Under the pieces are notes generated by a model. The model was given only the letters and a program-made list of their open reading frames with translations. It did not search any database and was not told the origin of the DNA. Shown here one piece after another: positions 1-9,804 of a DNA stretch of 64,000 nt. Position 1 is the stretch's first letter. Each line of letters opens with the position of its first letter. This DNA is from Ptychomitrium polyphyllum (Eukaryota), in assembly GCA_973851085.1 (NCBI GenBank), contig OZ316775.1, positions 6,882,001-6,946,000 of the forward strand. Reading direction: 5' to 3'. The position numbers and the translations under genes are program-made.

Positions 1-537
1 CAATAAGAACAACTCTCAGCTTCTATACATATTGTAAAATTTTGACAATTAGCTTGCGACCTAGATTGGAATGACAAGTTTCTAGTCATAAAATTCCTAT
101 GGGGATTTAAGGAAAATGTGAAGGACTTGCTATTCACAATGCCAAAGATTGATACGTTAAATGATTCATTGCTGAAGCAATAGTATTATTTGAAAGGTAC
201 TAAGAACAACGCTTGGAATAAAGATTGGTATATCAAAATATGACAACCATTTCTTCAAAAGTATTGGAAAGCCAACCTTCTAGTACCAAAACCTATGCAA
301 ATTGATGTTGTTAAATTTAGATGTTTGATTCTAGAAGAGAATTAAAGACGCCAAAGAAGAAACGTATGTTTGTATTGTAGCAAGTTTTGATATAAAGTAT
401 GCAATTGCCAAATCGAAGGATTTACCTTCAAGGCTTAAAGCACAATGGTGGAGGTGAAAAATGATGATATTGAATCATAATAGGGACTATATTATTGGAT
501 ACTACAAAAAAACGACCATCAAATTAAAATATATTAC
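1..537 (+). mobile_element. Outer degenerate Ty3/Gypsy chromovirus (family B), gag C-terminal part; continues at 16249
   Basis: Decayed gag motifs (QLACDLDWNDK, PMQIDVV, CLYCSKF zinc knuckle). Sequence 481-537 joined to 16244 onward is colinear with the reverse complement of the uninterrupted gag/pol junction at about 13160-13260. Confidence 0.85.
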
Positions 538-1108
538 TATTAGCGACACAAGAAACAAGAAGCAGAAACAAAGTGTTTTCCAAGAATTAGCTTCTAAAGA
601 GCTAATGATTAAGAAGAACTTAATACAAAGACTAGAATAAGGCAGGATACGAGATGATCCACAATTTAAGTTGGCAAGACTTAAAAATACTTTGTCTTGT
701 GTCGCAACCTTTGTAATGTACCTTAACAAACGTCACACACGTCAATCCTATACACCTCTACATGCACATGGTTAATTTCCATTTTTACTCTTCATGTTCC
801 AGGATTGGTTTTTGATTCTTCCTACCATTTCTCTTAGAACTTCTAATTGATTGGTAGCCAATGATTAGGTGCGGACTTCCATTCATGTCCAAGGCCTCAT
901 TTGGTATTACTCCCATTCCACACAGCCTAATTGCACTTAATAGTGTCTCCTCACCACTCATAATCTCCATGTAATCCTAAAATCATTCCGAGCCACCATT
1001 GTGCCAGCAAGAAGACACCATTTCAACTTAGTGATAACAAGCGTACCCTTTGGATCTCATTAGTTCTTTTCATAAAACCAATCATCCACCAGCTCACAAT
1101 AGTGTGGG

Positions 1109-2174
1109 TGTCGCGCACCTCGCCCTGAGGAGTGCCCGCAACACTAAGGGCACAAGGGGGACCCCGAAGTGACGCCCGGGACTTGTGGCGCCGATAGTGA
1201 GGAGAACCGAGTGGGCCTAACATGGGAAGGACCCCTAGGGGGAGAAACATCCTTGCCCATGTAGATCGAGGGCCACGAGGGATAAATCGTGGGCATTAAA
1301 GGAATCATGAAGAGCTCATTCTAGAATGTTAAGGATTGCCCAAATCGGACATGGGAGCTAAAAGTTATGGCACCCCAAAGTTGGGGTTGCCAAGGGGCTG
1401 TTTTGGAGTGTGGCAGCCCTACACAGTGACTGTGCTGGAGTGGGATAGTCCAGGGAGGGACTCCTCGGGAGTCCCGAACCTTGGGAGAGGCGTATCTCTC
1501 ACAATACTAACTCAAATCGGACGTTTGAGGAGTCTATCGGCATCTACGCAAAGAGTAGATGACGATAGAGTGGTCGCCTGATACATTCGGGCACCAAATA
1601 AGGAAGATATGGCGCCCTGAAGGTCCGCTGGGAGTCCCGGAGGCTTCCAGCGGCTAAGTCCCAAGGGAGATCGGGTGGTCTTCCAAAACTCTAGGTGTGT
1701 CGGGGTTCAGCTAGCTCCAGAGGGCCAGGGGGCCTGCCAAATCCCACAGAGAGTACTATAAGGGAGGGCTGGTCCCCCTCCCCACTCCTCTAGTGTCCCG
1801 GTAGGGACCAAGGGTGAGTCCCGGTTGGTGGAGATAGTGTTGGAGCTTCACTGCGGGGACTCCCACACCATTGTCAGCCGGTGGACGGCCGGTTTCACAA
1901 AGGAAACTAGCACGTTCAAAAGGGTACGCTTGTTACCACTAAATTGGGGTGGTGTCTTCACGCCGGCACCATGATGGCCGGGGATGATCTTACGATCACT
2001 TGGGCATCATGAGTGGTGGTGAGGAGATACCACTAAGTGCGGTTAGGCCGTGTGGAATGGGAGTAATACCAAGTGAGGCCTTAGACATGAATGGAAGTCC
2101 GCACCTAACCCTTGGCTATTAATAAATTGGGTGTCCTAAGAGAAATGGTAGAAAGACTTGGAAAGTGAGAATGG
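1109..2174 (+). repeat. 5' LTR (truncated; last ~79 bp missing)
   Basis: Matches 6929-7994 at offset 5820 up to GAAAGTGAGAATGG, then switches directly into gag-coding sequence. Confidence 0.93.
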
Positions 2175-5100
2175 AGGGCATGAACTTGGTGCGAATGAGG
2201 CACACCGGGTCGCTCAAGACTTATGTGCGAGATTTCAACGCCCAAATGAATGCCACATTCAAAATGGATGAGTTTTCAAAGAAATGCATCTTTTTGGGTG
2301 GGCTTCAAAAGTGGGTGGTGGACGACTTGTTCAAGTTCCCAAAGCTTCCGGAGGACGTGGCGGGAATCATTAAGATTGCGGAAAGAATTGAAGCCGACGG
2401 TTCCAAAAGAAAATCAAGTGGTCCCTCTCAACAAAGTGGATTGAGCCGAAATACATCTCGCGACGGAGAACGCAAGAAATTTGGCTTTGGAAATAAACAC
2501 AAGGGACAAGTAGATGGAAGGGCCTACAACAAAGTGGACCATCATGAGAGAAAACCATTCAAATCGGGAGATAAGAGTGCTGAGGTGAAGCACAAGCGTT
2601 GCCACGGCTGTGGCAAGATTGGTCACTTCATTGCGGAGTGCCCCGATAAAAAGGTGAGTACCAAAGCTTGTCACACTTGTGTTGTGGATCACATTTTAGA
2701 AGGTGGATTTGTAGCCAAGGCTAGTAGCCTTAAGCCAAGGTCGAGTCTCTTATACCTTGAGGCCCAAATAAATGGCAAAAATGTTTCATGTTTGATTGAC
2801 ACAGGGACAACGCACTCCTTCATGAGTCCCAAGCTAGCAAGGGAGTTGGGCTTGTCGGCTCAAAAAGCTAGCAAGCCCATCAACGTGCGATTTGCAAAAG
2901 GCAAACCGTACGAGACGAAGAAGGTGGTGTTGGATGTGGCCATAAGCAGTGGAACATTGGAGTTGAAGGAAAGCTTTACACTATGTGAGATGGATGAGGT
3001 AGACCTCATTTTAGGTGATACCTTTTTCGAAACTCATGTGGTGGATGTGAAGCGAAAGCCAGCACGGTTAGTAGTGCGCCGTGGTGGGAAAGAGACAATA
3101 TTGAAGTTGACTAGGACTCCTATGGTTGCGGGAGGCAAGTTGAACTTAGTCTCCTTAGAACAACTAGAGAATAATCAATTTGTGGTTGTGATGCGAATGG
3201 AGCAAGAAGAGGGGAATAGGCCAAGTGCCAAGGAAGTTAGGACTATTCCCAAGTGCATTCAAAATGTACTAAGTGGTTACAAGGATGTGCTCACCAATGA
3301 GCTGCCCGCAGAGTTACCGCCAAGAAGAGAAGTGGATCACAAAATTGAAGTGATACTGGGAACGGAGCTCCCTTCTAAGGCTCCATACCGGTTGAACCAA
3401 AAAGAGCTAGAGGAGTTGAAGAAGCAATTGAATGACTTGTTGGAAAGAGGCTATGTTAGGCCAAGTAAGTCGCCATATGGAGCACCGGTCCTCTTCGTAG
3501 ACAAAAAGGATGGCAAGCTCCGCATGTGTGTCGACTATAGAGCCTTGAATAAAGCCACCATCAAGAACAACTATCCTTTGCCTCGCATTGATGACCTCTT
3601 TGATAGATTGGCGGGAGCTAAATACTTTAGTTGGATAGATTTGAAGTTGGGCTACTATTAAATCCGCATTGCGGATGAAGATGTGCCAAAGACCGCATGC
3701 CGCACTAGGTATGGGTCCTATGAATTTTTGGTGATGCCATTCGGGTTGTGTAATGCTCCTTCGACGTTCACGACCCTCATGAATACCATCTTTCGAGAAG
3801 AAATGGATGACTTTGTGATTGTTTATATTGATGACATCTTGGTGTACTCCAAGTCAGCGGAGGAACATGCAAGGCACCTCGAAGTGGTGCTTCAAAAACT
3901 TAGGGACCACAAACTTTATGCCAACGGAGAAAAGAGTGAGTTTGCTCAACTTGAGATTGAGTTCTTGGGCCATATAGTGACGGATGATGGAATCAAGCCG
4001 GACATAAGGAAAATAAAGGCAATTAGAGAGTGGAAACAACCTTCTACACAAAAGGGGCTGAGATCATTTCTTGGCCTAGCAAATTATTATAGGAGGTTCA
4101 TACGCAACTTCTCCAAAATTGCTAGACCTTTGTCCGATTTGTTGAAGAAAGGAGCTAGCCAAGTATGGGATGGATTTTGTCACCAAGCTTTTCAAGAACT
4201 CAAGGATAAGTTGTCACAACCGCCGGTATTGAAGTTTCCCGAGTTTGAAAAGCCCTTTGAGGTCGACACGGATGCAAGTGACTTTGCCATTGACGGAGTT
4301 CTCATGCAAGAAGGCATGCCAATTGCCTATGAAAGCAAAAAGTTGGATGGGTGCCAGAAGAGGTGGCCCACGCACGAGAAAGAACTCTTTGCCGTAGTGC
4401 ATTGTTTGAAAACATGGCGGCATTACTTGGGCCTACATAAAACCAAAGTCTACACGGACAACGTGTCCTTGAAGTACTTTGAGTCGCAAGCACAAATGAG
4501 TGCAAAACAATTGAGGTGGCATGACACCTTAACACTTATGAATGTGGATTTGATCCACAAGCCGGGGCGTGACAATGTAGTGCTGGATGCTCTAAGTAGG
4601 CGGGAGGAGTTGCAAGCGATGGGCACAACCCAAGTCCTGCGAGTAATGTACAAGGGAGAAGGCAATTTAGAAAGAAAGATAAGAGAGGGGTACATGAAGG
4701 ACTCTGAAGCACAAAGGCTTCTCGGCGAGCTTAAGAAGGGTAAGAAACTTAAGGAAATTAAGTTGGAAAAAGGATTGCTCAAGTACAAGCAAAGTCGGGT
4801 GTATGTGCCTCAAGGAAAACTACGGTTGTTGGTTTTGAAAGAAGAACACAATAGTTCCATAGCCGGCCATAGAGGGGAAAAAACCACCATAGCGGCGGTG
4901 TCAAGAAGGTACTATTGGCCGGGCATGAAAGCGGACATCACCGACTTTGTGAAAACTTGTGTGAAGTGCCAGCTGAATAGAGCTTCTTATCAAAAGCAAG
5001 CCGGCCTACTACAACCTTTGCCAATTCCGCCGGGTCCATGGAATAGCGTGTCCATGGACTTCATTACAAGTCTTCCGGATTCGCACGGGCATGATGCCAT

Positions 5101-6139
5101 CTTTATGATGGTGGATCGCTTTAGCAAGTTGGCGCACATGGTGCCAACTAGAGGAACCGTAACTGCACATGAGACCGCAAAGCTATTCCTCGATGCATGG
5201 TGGAAACACCACGGGTTGCCGAGAGTGATTGTGTCAGATCGAGATCTAAAATTCACTAGTGCTTTTTGGAAACATTTCTTTAAGAAAGTTGGAACCAAAT
5301 TGACGTTTAGCACTACCTTCCATCTTCAAACGGATGGGCAAACGGAACGAGTGAATGGAGTCTTGAACCAATACTTGAGGAACTTTGTGAGTGCGGACCA
5401 GTGCGATTGGGTGGATTATGTGAGCCTTGCGGAGTTCAGTTACAATGCGGCCAACCATTCGGCAACAAAGCAGTCGCCATTTAAGGTGGCCTATGGAGTG
5501 GAGCCACTCCAGCCTGCCGACTTAGCTCTCGAAGGGGCACATTCAACACTAGAGTTTAACCAAGATGGTGAGGACTTGGCCAAAAAACGAGAACAGATGT
5601 TGGAGAAGACCAAGCTTTTGTTGGAAAAGGCACAAAAGCGGTACGAGAAACAAGTCAATGCCGGAAGACGTGAAGTGGAGTATGAAGTAGGCCAAAAGGT
5701 ATTGTTGGATGTGAAGAACTTTAGCTTGCCCGAAGGCCTCACTCCAAAGTTCATGTCCAAGTTTGCGGGGCCGTTTTCCATTGTGGAGCGGATGTTTAAG
5801 GATGTGTACAAGTTGGAGCTACCACCCGAAATCAAAGTGCACCCAACATTTCATGTCTCACTCCTCAAGCCATTTAAAAAAGTTACCTTGTGGCCCAATC
5901 GCAAACAAGTGATTCGGCCACCGCCGGAATTGGTAGGCGACCACTTGGAATACGAAGTGGAAGGAATTATCAAGTGTAGGCACCACAAGAAAGTAGGAAA
6001 AGAGTATTTAGTGAAGTGGAGAGGGTACCATGAGAAGGAAGCAACTTGGGTAGCAGCCAAGGACTTGGGAAATGCCAATGAGGTGGTAGAACGCTTTGAA
6101 AGGGATAGGAACTCCAACAAAAGACAACGTCGGCATTGA
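2171..6139 (+). pseudogene. gag-pol polyprotein (N-truncated Gag, zinc knuckle, protease, RT, RNase H, integrase, chromodomain) with one in-frame TAA
   Basis: ORFs 2165-3661 and 3683-6139 are in the same frame, separated by TAA at 3659-3661 (DLKLGYY*IRI). Motifs: [60 protein letters not shown]...YLVKWRGY. Confidence 0.95.
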
Positions 6140-6912
6140 TGCGGACATCAATCTCTTTAAGTAGGGGGATAGTGGCTTGTAGCAGTAATTTCTTCACATC
6201 ATGTATTGGTTCTTTGACTTATGGTAATAAAGTTCAACTTTTGTGTATGCAAAGAGAAGAGTATAAGATGATGTCCTAGTCTTGTGCTTGTGCTAAGTTG
6301 GTAGAAGAGGGGGAATAGACATGTGAAACCAAGTTGGGAAGGCCGAGTAATGGGGACCAAGGCTTGGAGGAGGAATGGTTAAAACCATGAAACCTCCTCG
6401 CCTCGGGCTTGTTCGGGCGAGGACAAGGTAATGGCGCGTGCTCATAAAAGCGCCACTCCTACAAACTAACAAAAGTTAGTGCATGGAGTCATGAACCCAT
6501 GTCTCAATAAAGATAGTGGGATCCAGGTTGGGCGGAACTTAGCATTACCCCCGTGCGATCGAGTCGTGGAATAAAAGCCACCTTGGGTTTGCAACCAAGA
6601 TAACTTGGTGGAGCATTGAGGTCCAGCCTAGTCAAAAATGAAGAACTAGGGAAGTGTAGCCTAACTAGGGAGTGTATCCCAAGAGGGTCTCAAAGTAGGT
6701 AGGTCTAGAATAGTTTAGGGTCCCAAAGATTTTTGTCTAGGGTGCCTAAACAGACCACCTCCTAAACGACACCTTTGAGACATTGCCAAAGACTTATGAG
6801 TACATTGTGGAGGTCGCACCCCGGATGAAATACAATGCTGCACCATTAGAGGATGGCAACCTTGGATTTGGTGTGCCGACTACAAGTATAATCGATGAGG
6901 GCATCGACTCCA

Positions 6913-6928
6913 TTTTGGTGGAGGTGAG
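6913..6928 (+). promoter_or_regulatory. Polypurine tract of the family-A element
   Basis: TTTTGGTGGAGGTGAG immediately before the TG of the 3' LTR. Confidence 0.7.
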
Positions 6929-8073
6929 TGTCGCGCACCTTGCCCTCAGGAGTGCCCGCAACACTAAGGGCACAAGGGGGACCCCGAAGTGACGTCCGGG
7001 ACTTGTGGCGCCGATAGTGAGGAGAACCGAGTGGGCCTAACATGGGAAGGACCCCTAGGGGGAGAAACATCCTTGCCCATGTAGATCGAGGGCCACGAGG
7101 GATAAATCGTGGGCATTAAAGGAATCATGAAGAGCTCATTCTAGAATGTTAAGGATTGCCCAAATCGGACATGGGAGCTAAAAGTTATGGCACCCCAAAG
7201 TTGGGGTTGCCAAGGGGCTGTTTTGGAGTGTGGCAGCCCTACACAGTGACTGTGCTGGAGTGGGATAGTCCAGGGAGGGACTCCTCGGGAGTCCCGAACC
7301 TTGGGAGAGGCGTATCTCTCACAATACTAACTCAAATCGGACGTTTGAGGAGTCTATCGGCATCTACGCAAAGAGTAGATGACGATAGAGTGGTCGCCTG
7401 ATACATTCGGGCACCAAATAAGGAAGATATGGCGCCCTGAAGGTCCGCTGGGAGTCCCGGAGGCTTCCAGCGGCTAAGTCCCAAGGGAGATCGGGTGGTC
7501 TTCCAAAACTCTAGGTGTGTCGGGGTTCAGCTAGCTCCAGAGGGCCAGGGGGCCTGCCAAATCCCACAGAGAGTACTATAAGGGAGGGCTGGTCCCCCTC
7601 CCCACTCCTCTAGTGTCCCGGTAGGGACCAAGGGTGAGTCCCGGTTGGTGGAGATAGTGTTGGAGCTTCACTGCGGGGACTCCCACACCATTGTCAGCCG
7701 GTGGATGGCCGGTTTCACAAAGGAAACTAGCACGTTCAAAAGGGTACGCTTGTTACCACTAAATTGGGGTGGTGTCTTCACGCCGGCACCATGATGGCCG
7801 GGGATGATCTTACGATCACTTGGGCATCATGAGTGGTGGTGAGGAGATACCACTAAGTGCGGTTAGGCCGTGTGGAATGGGAGTAATACCAAGTGAGGCC
7901 TTGGACATGAATGGAAGTCCGCACCTAACCCTTGGTTACTAATAAATTGGGTGTCCTAAGAGAAATGGTAGAAAGACTTGGAAAGTGAGAATGGGGGTTA
8001 ACCTTGTGCATGTGGGGGTGTACAGGATTGACGCGCGTGACGCTTGCTAAGGTGCATTGCAAGGGTTGCGACA
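6929..8073 (+). repeat. 3' LTR (1145 bp, complete)
   Basis: TG...CA termini with a TGTCGC/GCGACA inverted repeat. Same length as the solo LTRs (1144-1148 bp). Confidence 0.97.
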
Positions 8074-9104
8074 GTGGAAGTCCCCGTAGTAAAGCTCTAA
8101 CACTAGCTCCACCCACCAGGACTCATCCTTGATTCCTATTATGACACTATGGAAGTGGAGAATGGGACCAGCCCTCTTCTATAGTACTTTCTATGGAATT
8201 CAGCAAGCTCCTTGGCCCTCTATAGCTGGCTGAATCCTGACACACCCAAAACTTTGGAAGACCACCCGATCGCCCTTTGGACGTAGCTGCTGAAAGCTTC
8301 CGGAATTTCCTGCGGACCTTTAGAAAGCCATATCTTCCATGTTTGTTCTCCAAATCTATCAAGCAACCACTCTATTGTCATTACTCTTTGCGCAAATGCC
8401 GATAGAGTCCTCAAACGTCCAATTTGACTTAGTATTCTATGAGATATGCCTCTCCCAAGGTTCAAAACTCTTGGAGAGTCCTTCCCTGCATTGTCCCAAT
8501 CCAGGACACTTACAATGTAGGGCTGCCACAGTCTAGAACAGCTCTTGGTAGCTGCAACTTTGGAATGCCATATCTTTTAGCTCCCTTATCTGATTTGAGC
8601 AATCTTTAGTATTTTAAAATCAACTTATTGTGAGTCCTTCAATGCCTATAATTTCTCCTTCATGGCCCTCAGTCTATATGGACAAGGATGTTTCTCCCCC
8701 TCGAGATCCTTCCCACGCTAAGTCCACTTGGGTCACCTTACTATCAGTGCAACAAGTCTTGGACGTCACTCTAGGGTCTTCCTTGTACCCTTAGTGTTGC
8801 GGACACTCTCCAAGGAGACATGCGAGACATTTTGCCTCCTATTTATACTCTGACACTTGTATCTCCTAAGATACTTCTAAAGAAGCTTCTTACAAGGCTT
8901 AAAAATGTTCTAAAAGTCTATAGAATCTTTCCAAGAAGTTTTTGAAGATGTTGGAACCTTCCTAAGAAGCTTCCAAGGAATTGGAACTTTCCTTAGAACT
9001 TTCCTAAGAAGCTTCCTAAGAACGTGGAAACAATTATGGAAACATTTGGAAGTATTCTAAGAAGCATCTATAATACACCAAAAGGTTTTAGAAGGTTCTA
9101 AAGA

Positions 9105-9621
9105 TTATGTTGCATGATCTATATCTGTGACATCACTTTCTTTAGAGACAAGTCCTATGAGGAGCTCTCTTGTGGCTTGCTTGTCACATTTTTAGAAGTT
9201 CCAAAATTTGTCGAAGGAGTGAAACAACATATTCTGTTTGTTGTTCTTTATTCACTGGTTCAACTGATTTTTACAAAAAGCGCCAATGACCACCAACCAA
9301 GACTTCTGTTGTTGAAATGTCCCATCCTAAGATTTGATCTTGATGAAGTCCTTTAAAACATCCTCCAAACAAAATCTTGGGTCCTTCAGGAGTGACTCTT
9401 CCAATTTCTAACAAGATGACTAGAATACGTGCATTTGAATCAAGACTGGAATATGAAGGGCGGCTAGCCAATACTTTTGCACAAGGTTGTACTTGACGTT
9501 GGAATGTCCCTCTCATATCTTGGCTTAGATCCTCCGTTACCAAAGGTTGAGAAAGTTGAGTTGGCTCAACAGATGTTGTTGTTGATGAAGGCATAGCCGA
9601 CTATTCTTCACGCATATCTAT
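9105..9621 (-). pseudogene. Decayed extra ORF (about 170 codons) between pol and the 3' LTR of family B; unknown function
   Basis: Reconstructed IDMREE*SAMPSSTTTSVEPTQLSQ...LVILLEIGRVT...GHFNNRSLGWWSLAFL*KSVEPVNKEQQTEYVVSLLRQILELLKCD (with frameshifts) aligns with the copy at 20272-20754. Confidence 0.6.
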
Positions 9622-9804
9622 GATAACACAAAGATTTGGCATACTAGCTAGGATTTAGAAATGATCTATTTTGAAAATAATGTTGCATTTGGTAAGGATA
9701 TAATACAATTGGAGGTTATGATATCTCTCCTCCCTTCTTTTATTTATTAACAAAGGAAAAACTTCTTTGTGAAGTTAACGGCTACTGATGACAAATCATC
9801 ACTA

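Larger units (their letters stand above)
1109..8073 (+). mobile_element. Young family-A Ty3/Gypsy chromovirus (probably RLG1), internally deleted at the 5' LTR/PBS/gag start
   Basis: LTRs start TGTCGCGCAC at 1109 and 6929; the 3' LTR ends GTTGCGACA at 8073. 7 differences over 1066 aligned bp by manual comparison. TSD GTGGG (1104-1108)/GTGGA (8074-8078). Nearly intact pol. The family name is inference. Confidence 0.95.
700..8829 (-). mobile_element. Family-A (RLG1-like) solo LTR (700-1108 + 8079-8829), itself split by a younger family-A element
   Basis: Termini TGTCGCAACC and ATGCGAGACA match the reverse complement of the 6929-8073 LTR. TSD TCTTG (695-699)/TTTTG (8830-8834). Confidence 0.9.
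538..9132 (-). repeat. 3' LTR of the inner family-B element (538-699 + 8835-9132), split by a family-A solo LTR
   Basis: 538-699 and 8835-9132 join into a copy homologous to 15560-16243. On the minus strand it begins TGTCACAGATAT immediately after the PPT. Confidence 0.88.

Noticed and set aside
1104..1108. TSD mismatch (GTGGG vs GTGGA) as evidence of a recombinant element
   Set aside because: The host solo LTR is colinear across the insertion, and one G>A change fits the general decay pattern.
1336..1581. Repeated 60-95 aa ORFs (MPKSDMGAKSYG..., MFLPLGVLP..., MSGGEETPLSAV...) at several positions
   Set aside because: They recur only because they lie inside family-A LTR copies. They are broken in other copies and show no recognisable domain.
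3854..6197. Many antisense ORFs over pol
   Set aside because: Shadow ORFs of a long coding frame, with no independent motifs.
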